Origin: Psychrobacter sp.
GTDB lineage: Bacteria > Pseudomonadota > Gammaproteobacteria > Pseudomonadales > Moraxellaceae
Assembly (NCBI RefSeq): GCF_041554015.1
Contig: NZ_JBFFMS010000002.1
Location: 28,440-92,439, forward strand
Direction: 5' to 3'
Length of the DNA stretch: 64,000 nt
Positions 50,469-59,870 of the stretch are shown one piece after another. Numbering within the stretch: the stretch's first letter is position 1; each line of letters starts with the position of its first letter. The position numbers and the translations under genes are program-made. A model generated the notes under the pieces. The model ran no database searches, was not told where the DNA came from, and was given only the letters and a program-made list of their open reading frames with translations.

Positions 50469-50996
50469 ATGAAAACGATTGCTTTTTTACTGCACAATAA
50501 CTTTGAGCAAGCAGAATATGAAGAGGTTAATAACCAGCTAATAGCTAAAGGTTACAATACGCTACTCATAACGACTGATAAGCAAAAAGAAGTCCAAGGT
50601 ATGCAGCAAGACGTCAATAAAGGCGCTACTTTTACTGCTGATATTTTTGCAAAAGAGGCAAAACCTGATGAGTATGATGCTTTGGTTTTACCAGGTGGGA
50701 CGGTAAACGCAGACACCCTACGTGGTAATGAAGAAGCCCATAAGATTATTCGTGCAATTTATGAGGCAGGAAAGCCACTTGCTGTTATTTGCCATGCGCC
50801 TTGGGTACTGATCAATACGGGCATCGCTAAAGACAAAACTTTAACGGCTTATCATACTTTGCAGCTTGATTTAGAAAATGCTGGGGCAAAATTTGTAGAT
50901 GAAAGTGTGCAGATAGATGGCAATCTAATTACTTCACGTAACCCAGATGATATCGATAATTTTGTCGCAGCGATTGACAAAGCTTTAACATACTGA
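50469..50996 (+). CDS. PfpI/DJ-1 (YhbO-like) type 1 glutamine amidotransferase-like stress protein
   Basis: FEQAE, LVLPGG, AVICHAPW nucleophile elbow, LITSRNPDD; SD AGGAAG before ATG 50469. Confidence 0.92.
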   Translation: MKTIAFLLHNNFEQAEYEEVNNQLIAKGYNTLLITTDKQKEVQGMQQDVNKGATFTADIFAKEAKPDEYDALVLPGGTVNADTLRGNEEAHKIIRAIYEAGKPLAVICHAPWVLINTGIAKDKTLTAYHTLQLDLENAGAKFVDESVQIDGNLITSRNPDDIDNFVAAIDKALTY

Positions 50997-51052
50997 CATA
51001 AACGTCAATCGTCTTAATTTAGAATACTTTTTATTTATAAGGATATAACACC

Positions 51053-51223
51053 ATGACACAGCCTAATCCAAACGATACCAAATTTGAACAACAACGCTCT
51101 GACTCTGCAAAAGCAGCACTAAAAAGTCAGACTGAAGACAATCATAGCAAAGACACTGAAGCTGCCGCAGAGCGTATTGCTGATAATTTAAAAAATCAAC
51201 AAAGCAAACAAGAAGATAAATAG
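51053..51223 (+). CDS. Small hydrophilic protein, 56 aa (below ORF-track cutoff)
   Basis: SD TAAGGA, ATG 51053, MTQPNPNDTKFEQQRSDSAKAALKSQTEDNHSKDTEAAAERIADNLKNQQSKQEDK, TAG 51221-51223. Confidence 0.7.
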   Translation: MTQPNPNDTKFEQQRSDSAKAALKSQTEDNHSKDTEAAAERIADNLKNQQSKQEDK

Positions 51224-51278
51224 TTAACCGCTCAACCTATGAATGTGTTTAGAAAAATAACGGTCAATAGGAGTGAAT

Positions 51279-51464
51279 ATGAAAGATTCAGTAAAAAGTT
51301 TGGATAATGATGAACAAGGGGTTGATCAACTTGTAGACGATATTAATTTTCGTGCTGATCATTCTCCTGATAGTTTAGCAGAAGCTACTACCGCCCCTTT
51401 AGCAGACGATGCGCTCGGCGGTACAGCCAGTGAAGACGATGTTAACAATAAAAGCCGCGAATAA
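51279..51464 (+). CDS. Small acidic hydrophilic protein, 61 aa
   Basis: SD AGGAG before ATG 51279; 16 Asp/Glu versus 5 Lys/Arg; terminator downstream. Confidence 0.7.
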   Translation: MKDSVKSLDNDEQGVDQLVDDINFRADHSPDSLAEATTAPLADDALGGTASEDDVNNKSRE

Positions 51465-51533
51465 GAGGCATTATAGGTCTGGATTTCTTACAGATATTCT
51501 TGGATATTCATGAAAGATTAAACCGATAAACCA

Positions 51534-51571
51534 TAACAAAAAACTGCTGTTAGCTCAGCAGTTTTTTGTTA
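51534..51571. terminator. Intrinsic terminator ending the PfpI cassette
   Basis: TAACAAAAAACTGCTG ttagct CAGCAGTTTTTTGTTA (16-bp arms). Confidence 0.88.
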
Positions 51572-51750
51572 TAATTGGCGCCATCTTTAAATATGGTTTA
51601 GAGTATTCTAAACGATTTTAGATGACAGTTATGACTCATGAGCTTGTCGTACACTAGGTCAACTCTAGTAATGCAGGGTTGTCCTGAATGACGTACAGGC
51701 TATTTTATTGATTACTCTATTGCTCCATGATACTTAAGTTTTTAAGATTG

Positions 51751-51789
51751 TCTTGGCGCTCTTAGCATTGCCGGAGAGATTTATGCTAA
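51751..51789 (+). promoter_or_regulatory. Putative rpsO translational operator (hairpin/pseudoknot)
   Basis: TCTTGGCG pairs with TGCCG-g-AGA covering the SD; loop TTAGCAT is complementary to ATGCTAA at the start codon. Confidence 0.5.
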
Positions 51790-52049
51790 CTAACACCGAT
51801 CGCGAACAAATCATTGCTCAATACCAACGTGGCGAAAACGATACAGGTTCACCAGAAGTTCAAGTAGCTTTATTAAGTGCTCGTATCAACGATCTACAGA
51901 ACCATTTTAAAGCACACAAAGCGGATCATCATAGCCGTCGCGGTCTTATCCGTATGGTTAACACTCGTCGTAAATTGCTTGATTACCTAAAAGGTAAAGA
52001 TCTTGGTCGCTATACCACCCTTATTAGCCAGTTAGGTCTACGTCGTTAA
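51783..52049 (+). CDS. rpsO: 30S ribosomal protein S15
   Basis: [28 protein letters not shown]; ATG 51783. Confidence 0.98.
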   Translation: MLTNTDREQIIAQYQRGENDTGSPEVQVALLSARINDLQNHFKAHKADHHSRRGLIRMVNTRRKLLDYLKGKDLGRYTTLISQLGLRR

Positions 52050-52169
52050 TTTGACGACAGTAGTACGAATGGCTGCCAAAATAAGATATGCCTGCATTGG
52101 TAAGTATCTTGAAATTTCTGTGCAGCTATTTGGAACTTGCTTGTTGATATCGATAAAATAGATTTTTCT

Positions 52170-52204
52170 AAAAACGGTGTGGAATAGTTTCACGCCGTTT
52201 TTTT
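52170..52204 (+). terminator. Intrinsic terminator after rpsO
   Basis: AAAAACGGTGTGGAA...TTCACGCCGTTTTTTT with G-U pairs. Confidence 0.75.
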
Positions 52205-52658
52205 ATGCTTATCAGTAAGGTATGAGCTAAAGTATATAAGTTTGAGCTTATATTTAACTGATCAATAAGTATCATTAAGAAACAGGCAGCACTGCATTTG
52301 ATTGGTCAATGACCATAAATCACTGTAAAATAATGCCTTAGTCGTTTTTTTGCACTTTTTATAATAGATAAATATGCATGATTACAGTAGCTAAAAGGCT
52401 CTGTAAATAGAGTAGCTCTCATGCTATAAAACTTAAATGAGCGTTATAGCAAACCGAATATCAGTAGCACTAAAGATGCGGGCTGCGCGGTTTATACCAG
52501 CCCATTGCATGATATAAATATTTGATAATGATGGTTTTTATAGACAGCTTTATAGCTATAAAGGCAGTCGATTAGAAGCTATATATAAAGAATTTTAATG
52601 ACAGATATCAGGGTTTTTGAGCTGATATTATGTCGTCAGTCAATATTAGGAAAATTAT

Positions 52659-54761
52659 ATGACAATGTTTAATACCATTAAGCGTGAATTCCAATATGGT
52701 AACCAGCAGGTTATCATTGAAACTGGACGTATTGCACGTCAAGCAAACTCTATTTTGGTCCATATGGGCGGCGTCACGGTATTGGTAGCCGCTGTAGTAA
52801 AGTCTGATGCCAAAGAAGGTCAAAACTTCTTTCCATTGACTGTAAACTACCAAGAAAAAATGTACGCAGCTGGCAAAATACCAGGTGCTTATGGCAAACG
52901 TGAAGGTCGTGCGAGCGAGTCTGAAACATTAACCTCACGCCTGATTGACCGTCCAATCCGTCCGCTATTCCCTGAAGGCTATGTCAACGAGATTCAAATC
53001 ACAGCGACGGTTGTATCTTCTGACAAAACTCAATCAGCAGATATCGCAGCTCTAATTGGTGCTTCAGCAGCGCTAGCTATCTCTGATGCGCCATTTAATG
53101 GTCCTGTTGCTGCAGCCCGTGTTGGTTTTATCAATGGTGAATACGTACTAAACCCGACCCTTGAAGAGCTAAAAGAAAGTGATCTTGACTTGGTCGTTGC
53201 TGGTACTAAATCTGCGGTATTGATGGTTGAATCTGAAGCGGCAGAGCTATCAGAAGATCAAATGCTAGGCGCGGTTTTATACGGTCATCAGCAGCAACAA
53301 ATCGTTATTGATAACATTGCTTCAATGGCTGCTGAGGTCGGTACGGCTAAGCAGCAATTTACCGCTCCTGCACGCGATCAAGCGTTAGAGACCAGCATGA
53401 AAGAGCAGTTTGGCGCGCAAGTGTCTGACGCTTATACCATTACTGACAAGCAAGCTCGTTATGCAAAACTTGACGAGATTAAAGACGCCGCTATCGCAGC
53501 GCTTGCTGGTGATGCTGAGTCAGAGAGCTATGCTGATACCGTATCTGAGTTAAAAGAAATTTATAACGATCTAAAATATCGTACTGTTCGTGACAACATC
53601 TTATCTGGTAAGCCACGTATTGATGGTCGTGATTTAGAGACGGTTCGTGCCCTTGACGTACAGGTAGGTGTATTACCATTTACTCATGGTTCAGCACTAT
53701 TTACCCGTGGTGAAACCCAAGCATTAGTAACGACTACCCTTGGTAATACTCGCGACGTTAATATGATTGACTCACTAGCGGGCACGATTCGTGATCATTT
53801 CATGTTGCATTATAACTTCCCGCATTTCTCAGTTGGTGAGACCGGTCGTGAAGGTATCCCTAAGCGTCGTGAAATCGGTCATGGTCGTCTTGCACGCCGC
53901 GGTGTACAAGCGATGCTGCCTGATAGCGAACGCTTCCCGTATGTTATCCGTGTGGTATCTGAGATCACTGAATCAAACGGCTCATCGTCAATGGCTTCTG
54001 TTTGCGGCGCAAGCTTGGCATTGATGGACGCTGGTGTACCAATCAAAGCACCAGTTGCTGGTATCGCTATGGGTCTTGTCAAAGAAGGCGAGCGCTTTGC
54101 TGTATTGTCTGACATCCTAGGTGATGAAGATCATCTTGGTGATATGGACTTTAAAGTCGCTGGCTCTAAAGACGGTATCACTGCCCTGCAAATGGATATT
54201 AAAATCGAAGGTATCACCCCAGATATCATGGAGCAAGCGCTTAAGCAAGCCCATGCTGGTCGTATCCATATCTTAGATGCGATGAATAAAGTATTGCCTA
54301 CCAGCCGCACTGAAATCAATGCTCATGCGCCGAACTATGCAGTGATTGAAATCAATCCGGACAAAATCCGTGACGTTATTGGTAAAGGCGGCGCGACGAT
54401 TCGTCAGCTAACGGAAGAAACAGGCGCGGTTATCGATATCGATGATGCTGGTACTATCCGTATCTTTGGTGAAAACAAAGCGGCAACCAAAGCGGCGATT
54501 GCTAAGATTGAAGCAATCACGGCGGAAGTTGAAGTGGGTAAAACGTACCAAGGTACGGTCGCTCGTATCGTTGACTTCGGTGCATTTGTTAACGTATTAC
54601 CAAACACTGATGGTCTCGTCCATATCTCGCAAATCTCTGATGAGCGCGTAGAAAACGTTTCTGACTATCTGACTGAGGGTCAAATCGTTAAAGTATTGGT
54701 ACAAGATGTTGATAACCGTGGTCGTATCAAGTTGACCATGAAAGGTATTGAGCAGAGCTAA
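52659..54761 (+). CDS. pnp: Polyribonucleotide nucleotidyltransferase
   Basis: [50 protein letters not shown] and S1 domains. Confidence 0.98.
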   Translation: MTMFNTIKREFQYGNQQVIIETGRIARQANSILVHMGGVTVLVAAVVKSDAKEGQNFFPLTVNYQEKMYAAGKIPGAYGKREGRASESETLTSRLIDRPIRPLFPEGYVNEIQITATVVSSDKTQSADIAALIGASAALAISDAPFNGPVAAARVGFINGEYVLNPTLEELKESDLDLVVAGTKSAVLMVESEAAELSEDQMLGAVLYGHQQQQIVIDNIASMAAEVGTAKQQFTAPARDQALETSMKEQFGAQVSDAYTITDKQARYAKLDEIKDAAIAALAGDAESESYADTVSELKEIYNDLKYRTVRDNILSGKPRIDGRDLETVRALDVQVGVLPFTHGSALFTRGETQALVTTTLGNTRDVNMIDSLAGTIRDHFMLHYNFPHFSVGETGREGIPKRREIGHGRLARRGVQAMLPDSERFPYVIRVVSEITESNGSSSMASVCGASLALMDAGVPIKAPVAGIAMGLVKEGERFAVLSDILGDEDHLGDMDFKVAGSKDGITALQMDIKIEGITPDIMEQALKQAHAGRIHILDAMNKVLPTSRTEINAHAPNYAVIEINPDKIRDVIGKGGATIRQLTEETGAVIDIDDAGTIRIFGENKAATKAAIAKIEAITAEVEVGKTYQGTVARIVDFGAFVNVLPNTDGLVHISQISDERVENVSDYLTEGQIVKVLVQDVDNRGRIKLTMKGIEQS

Positions 54762-54790
54762 TGCTTAGTATTTAGTATGGGTTAATATCT

Positions 54791-54838
54791 AAAAACCGCT
54801 TTGGGTCACTGATGATCAGTGCTCAAGGCGGTTTTTTT
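54791..54838. terminator. Long bidirectional terminator after pnp
   Basis: AAAAACCGCTTTGGGTCACTGAT g ATCAGTGCTCAAGGCGGTTTTTTT. Confidence 0.85.
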
Positions 54839-54972
54839 ATGGGCGTAAATATGATTGAGATAAAAAAGCGATAGGATTATATTTTTAGGTAGGTGAAGAG
54901 CGATATACAGTTAAGTCATATAGAGACTTTATCAACCCCTAAATAAAAGTAGGTATTATTTGGCGATAATTA

Positions 54973-55503
54973 TTAGTTAACCTTATCTTTAGCCGCTGTA
55001 TCAGCCTCTAATTGGGCAATTTGTTGCTCAAGTAGGGCGATTTCTTGCGCTTTAAGTTCCGTTAATTGTTTGGTCATGGCAATCTGCTCAGCAGCGAGCT
55101 TTTCTTGTTCAGCCAAGCGTTTACGCTCATCTTCTAGACGATCAATCTCTTCTTTGGCTAAGCTGTCTGTTTCTGGTAAGGGGGCTTCTAAGATCGCTTT
55201 AGGATCTGGAATGACAGAGTCTGTCAGGTCAGCCCTATCTTGGTTTTCATCATTAAAATTATTATTAGCATTATCGTCTAAGGCTACAGAAGCGCTCTGT
55301 GTAGGCTCATCTTGTTTCGGAGACAGTGGCAAATTTTCAGCAGTGCTCTGATGAGAGTACGGTGCCATGCCTTGCCACACAAAATAACCGATTAACAGCA
55401 CGATTAATAAAATACCAAGCCACCATTTTTGACGTGGTTTAGTAGAGTGGACAGACTGTTTAGAGAGTTTACGAGCGAAAGGACGTATTTTTTTGTTTTT
55501 CAT
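54973..55503 (-). CDS. Hypothetical bitopic membrane protein with C-terminal coiled coil
   Basis: Basic N-tail, single TM (WWLGILLIVLLIGYFVWQG), acidic linker, heptad-rich C-terminus. Confidence 0.75.
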   Translation of the reverse strand: MKNKKIRPFARKLSKQSVHSTKPRQKWWLGILLIVLLIGYFVWQGMAPYSHQSTAENLPLSPKQDEPTQSASVALDDNANNNFNDENQDRADLTDSVIPDPKAILEAPLPETDSLAKEEIDRLEDERKRLAEQEKLAAEQIAMTKQLTELKAQEIALLEQQIAQLEADTAAKDKVN

Positions 55504-55615
55504 ACTACGTTCAATTTAGGCTAAAGATATTCTGCCATACTATAGCAAACTCGACATAAAAAAGCCCATCTATTGCTAGATAGGCTAGTATGGATTAAAA
55601 CTTGACACTTAACAG

Positions 55616-55873
55616 TTAGGGTTTGAATTTAACGGTACCACTGGTTCCGGTATTCATGGCATCACGATACATTTGGTCTTCAGCATGGTTTTTGGCACTG
55701 ATATCGTCAGGATCAGGGCGATGTTCTGTATGTCCACATTGGGTGCATTCGATGTACTCATCTGGCTCAGGTTCAACAATGTTGATTTGCACTACCGCAT
55801 CCATGACCTGACATTTTGGGCAGCGTACCCCTGCTAAAAACCGACGCTTGGTGGTTGACGATTGATAGCGCAT
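55616..55873 (-). CDS. YheV-family putative zinc-ribbon protein
   Basis: KRRFLAGVRCPKCQVMD...ECTQCGHTE; abuts the prlC stop. Confidence 0.85.
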   Translation of the reverse strand: MRYQSSTTKRRFLAGVRCPKCQVMDAVVQINIVEPEPDEYIECTQCGHTEHRPDPDDISAKNHAEDQMYRDAMNTGTSGTVKFKP

Positions 55874-58069
55874 TTAGATAACCTCGCGTGTCAGTTGGGC
55901 ATTGGTTTGAGCGCTACTTTCAGTGCTGTTTTTAGCATCAACAAAGCCGCTATGACGTAGCAATGCATCAATATTGGCGCTGCGACCACGAAAGTTTTCA
56001 AAGTTGGTCTTAGCTGGGAAACTGCCACCGACCGAAAGAATAGTCTCACGAAATGATTTACCAGTCATTGGGTTAAAAATACCGTCTTCTTCAAACTTAC
56101 TAAAGGCATCTGCTGATAACAGCTCTGCCCATTTATACGAGTAATAACCTGCCGCATAACCGCCTGCAAAAATATGACTAAAGCCATTGGCAAAGCGGTT
56201 ATAGTCAGGCGTCTGCATGATAGCAATATCATCGCGCACTGCATTTAAGGTTGCAAGGATACCGTCGTAATCAAGCGCTGGCGTCTGCGCATGAATCAAT
56301 AAGTCAAACAGCGCAAATTCGATCTGACGTAGGGTTTGCATGCCACTTTGGAAATTCTTCACCGCCAATAACGCTGCAAGTTTGTCTTTTGGTAAAGGCG
56401 CGCCTGTTTCGACATGACTGCTAATCAGGGCAATACCCTCGGCATCCCATGCCCAATTTTCCATAAATTGACTGGGCAGCTCGACTGCATCCCACTCGAC
56501 GCCATTGACCCCAGCGACATCACCGACCGTCACTTGGGTTAATAAATGATGCAGACCATGACCGAACTCATGGAATAGCGTCAATACCTCATCGTGAGTC
56601 AATAAGCTTGGTTTGCCATCGAGAGCAGGGGTAAAGTTGCCGACCATAAAGCAGACGGGCAATTGCTGATGATTTTTTTCATCGTAACTATAACGCGACT
56701 GAAAACCACTCATCCACGCGCCGCCACGTTTACCACTACGAGCAAATAAGTCAAAGTAAAAACCACCAAGCAAGTTATCATCAGCATCAAACAACTGATA
56801 AAAACTGACATCATCGTGCCAGCGTGATACGGATGCCGTTTGCTCTTGGACTTTGATACCGTATAGACGCTCAACGATGGCAAATAACCCGCCAATCACT
56901 TTTGGCAGTGGAAAATATGGGCGTATTTCTTCTTGCGATAAACTAAACTCACTTTGCTTTACTTTTTCGGCGATATAAGCACTGTCCCACGCCTGTAACT
57001 CCTCAATACCATAATCCTGTGCATACTGTCGTAATTGTGCCAAATCTTGCTTAGCTGCTGGGGTTGCTTGCGTGGCCAAACTCCGTAAAAAGGTTTCTAC
57101 TTCTGCTACGTTATCTGCCATTTTCGTCGATAGTGAGACCTCTGCATAATTATCAAAACCTAAGAGCTTGGCTTTTTGCTCACGTAATTGCAGAATTTGA
57201 CTCATGATCTCAGCGTTGTTGAGCGACTCACCTTTGGCGTTGGTATGCGCATCAAACTCAGAGGCGCGGGTAACATAAGCGCGATATAGGGTCTCGCGCA
57301 GATTGCGATCATCGCCGTGGGTCATAATAGCAAGGTAAACAGGGATGTTTAGACTTGCAACATAATAAGGATTTGGTAACGCATCGATTTCTGCTTGCGT
57401 GAGCGTACCACGGGCAAGCTCGCGGGCTTTATATTGTTCGCCAGCATCTGCAAGTAGCGCCAACCCACTTTCGGTTAGACCTGCTAGTTGTTCGGGTTTA
57501 AGCGGTAAGGCATAGGCTTGGGTCGCATCCAATATGTTGTCTGAAAAAGTCGCTGATAAAGTAGATAACTTGCTCTGAATAGCCGCAAACTTTTCTTGGT
57601 CGTCTTTTGGTAATGCGACACCTGATAGCTCAAAACTGCGTAGCGCAAGCTCGATAGCCCGCGCGCGTGCAGGATCAAGGGTTGCAAAGTATGCCTCATC
57701 TTTAACGATCGTTTGATAGCAGCTAAATAGCGGCTGATGCTGTCCAACCCGCGTACCATAAGCGGACAGCTTAGGTAGCAGCTCGTGATGGACATGACGT
57801 ATGTCATCATTGCTCATCACGCTATTAAGATGCGACAAAATACCCCAACTGCAATCTAAAGCTAGGTTGATATGGTCAAAGTCTTTTATATGGGTTAGCG
57901 CCTGCTCAGCATTTATAACGACCGATGCCTCATTGTTAGCTGTCATCACCGCCAATTCATCTAAAAATCTGTTGGCCGCGTCAATGGCACTGACTACTTG
58001 CTGTTGTAAGGTGCTTGGTGCAGTATCTGCAAAATCAATAAGGTGTAACGCTGGAGAAAGAGAAGTCAT
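55874..58069 (-). CDS. prlC: Oligopeptidase A (M3 peptidase)
   Basis: GKRGGAWM, FHEFGHGLHH, WDAVELPSQFMENW, FSHIFAGGYAAGYYSYKWAE. Confidence 0.96.
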   Translation of the reverse strand: MTSLSPALHLIDFADTAPSTLQQQVVSAIDAANRFLDELAVMTANNEASVVINAEQALTHIKDFDHINLALDCSWGILSHLNSVMSNDDIRHVHHELLPKLSAYGTRVGQHQPLFSCYQTIVKDEAYFATLDPARARAIELALRSFELSGVALPKDDQEKFAAIQSKLSTLSATFSDNILDATQAYALPLKPEQLAGLTESGLALLADAGEQYKARELARGTLTQAEIDALPNPYYVASLNIPVYLAIMTHGDDRNLRETLYRAYVTRASEFDAHTNAKGESLNNAEIMSQILQLREQKAKLLGFDNYAEVSLSTKMADNVAEVETFLRSLATQATPAAKQDLAQLRQYAQDYGIEELQAWDSAYIAEKVKQSEFSLSQEEIRPYFPLPKVIGGLFAIVERLYGIKVQEQTASVSRWHDDVSFYQLFDADDNLLGGFYFDLFARSGKRGGAWMSGFQSRYSYDEKNHQQLPVCFMVGNFTPALDGKPSLLTHDEVLTLFHEFGHGLHHLLTQVTVGDVAGVNGVEWDAVELPSQFMENWAWDAEGIALISSHVETGAPLPKDKLAALLAVKNFQSGMQTLRQIEFALFDLLIHAQTPALDYDGILATLNAVRDDIAIMQTPDYNRFANGFSHIFAGGYAAGYYSYKWAELLSADAFSKFEEDGIFNPMTGKSFRETILSVGGSFPAKTNFENFRGRSANIDALLRHSGFVDAKNSTESSAQTNAQLTREVI

Positions 58070-58227
58070 AAAGGGTTCCGTTATAAATAAACTGCTTTAA
58101 TGGGATGTGATTATTTTAAGCGTTAAAGGGCAGTGTCAGTAAAATTAATCAGTATAAAACTCAGTGCCTCGATGCAAGGCCAATCGTTATGGTGTATTTG
58201 ATAAAAATTTATAGGGTATTAGGTAAA

Positions 58228-58256
58228 TGATGGGTCTTCATTGATGAAAATACAAG
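58228..58256 (-). promoter_or_regulatory. Putative sigma32 promoter of prlC
   Basis: Minus strand CTTGTA-N15-ACCCATCA; prlC is an RpoH target in E. coli. Confidence 0.45.
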
Positions 58257-58561
58257 GCGAGAATTTGAGCGTTAAAAGACGGATATTCAGGTTACTGTTA
58301 TTAAAATTGTTATAGCAGCGGTTGATACTATTTACAAAGCATCATCATTTGCTTGCAAATTAACCCTATCGCTTGCCTGGTCATGTTGGTAGGGTTATAG
58401 AATAGCTGGCGTTAATAGTGTTGTAGTATGAATAGCGTATTAAGCATGCTATGTTAATAAGAGTACGTCGTTGCTTGAGTGCAAAAATCTAAAATAAATA
58501 ACAGGCACGGCATACCAAAGGTAATACTGGAAATTCATAGTCATAAAACAAGGAGCAATAA

Positions 58562-59674
58562 ATGAAAGCAACTCTCAAAAGCTTACGCGAGACAAAGGCG
58601 AATCCTGCAGTCAGTATTTTTGTCAAAACGCACCGCGAACACCCTGCCAATGACAAAGACCCTATTGCCCTAAAAAACCAATTAAAAGTTGTCGAAGAGC
58701 GTCTAACCAATGAATACGACAAGCGTACAGCGACCACTATCTTAGAAAATATCCATGCTAAGACCAAAGAGCTGAATCATAATCTCAATCTAGATACCTT
58801 AGCTATCTTTGCAAGTACGGATGATGTACAAGTCATTCGTATGCCTATTGATACCACTGAACGCGTGGTCATCTCACACCGCTTTGCCACTCGTGACTTG
58901 GTGCGTGATATGGCAAGCGCTGTGCATTATTATACTTTGGTACTGACCCGTGATAAGGCGCGTTTAATTGAAGCCTCTAATGATCGCGTGGTACGAGAAT
59001 TTGAAGTAGAGGATATTGCCCAAAATAATATGGAAAATATCCCATTTCCTATCGATAATAATGGACTTCATACGACAAGCGATGGTGGCTCAGATCGCTC
59101 AGCGAATAATGAGAGCAGTGCTTTAAAAGAGTTCTTTAACCAAGTAGATAAAAGCGTGCAAGAGCTGTGGGGCGAGCATAAAATGCCGTTGGTTGTCGTC
59201 GGCGACACCAAAAATATTGGTTACTATAAAGATGTTTGTGACCGTCCAGACAATATCATTGCTACGGTATCAAACGCCACCAATCTAGATGAGGGTGGGG
59301 CCCAGCATATTATTAACAGTGTCCAAGAAGCCGTAGAAGGCTATCGTACCTCGCTACATCAAGCGGCACTGGGCGAGATTGATAAAGCGCGCGGGGCAAA
59401 TAAACTACAAACGGACTTGCAAGAGGTCTATCGCAGTGCTTTTCAGGGCGTCGGCGATACGTTGTATGTCCGCCGCGGTTATATCCAACCAGCCAAAATC
59501 GATGAAAAAGCGCAAACGCTTAGTCCTGCTGAGGATTCAAGCGCAGAAGGTATAACGGATGATGCTATTGGTGAAATCATTGAACATGTCATTCATAATG
59601 GCGGCAAAGCGGTCTTTATGCCACAAGATATCATGAGTGCAGACCAACCGATTGCTCTTGTCACCCGCTATTAA
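58562..59674 (+). CDS. baeRF3-family ribosome hibernation factor, Balon-like
   Basis: 370 aa; AVSIFVKTHREHPANDKD (HP loop), RFATRDLVR, YYTLVLTRDKARL, FFNQVDK, PLVVVGD, C-terminal DDAIGEIIEHVIHNGGKAV; no GGQ; SD AGGAG and own terminator. Confidence 0.85.
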   Translation: MKATLKSLRETKANPAVSIFVKTHREHPANDKDPIALKNQLKVVEERLTNEYDKRTATTILENIHAKTKELNHNLNLDTLAIFASTDDVQVIRMPIDTTERVVISHRFATRDLVRDMASAVHYYTLVLTRDKARLIEASNDRVVREFEVEDIAQNNMENIPFPIDNNGLHTTSDGGSDRSANNESSALKEFFNQVDKSVQELWGEHKMPLVVVGDTKNIGYYKDVCDRPDNIIATVSNATNLDEGGAQHIINSVQEAVEGYRTSLHQAALGEIDKARGANKLQTDLQEVYRSAFQGVGDTLYVRRGYIQPAKIDEKAQTLSPAEDSSAEGITDDAIGEIIEHVIHNGGKAVFMPQDIMSADQPIALVTRY

Positions 59675-59737
59675 GAGATAAGTTAGGCTCAGTAACGAAT
59701 TAGCCATTGGTCATTGATAGCACATAGGTATAGTATG

Positions 59738-59772
59738 AGAGCATTGGTTCAGGTTGAGCCAATGCTCTTTTT
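59738..59772 (+). terminator. Intrinsic terminator after the Balon-like gene
   Basis: AGAGCATTGGTTCA ggt TGAGCCAATGCTCT followed by T-run. Confidence 0.85.
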
Positions 59773-59870
59773 ACATATAGGGTTTTATAGCGCCTCAACT
59801 CTATTGCAATCGATGATTTTGTTATTTTAAGCCGACCATATTTACTACCTACTCGCTAAGTACTGAGTTT

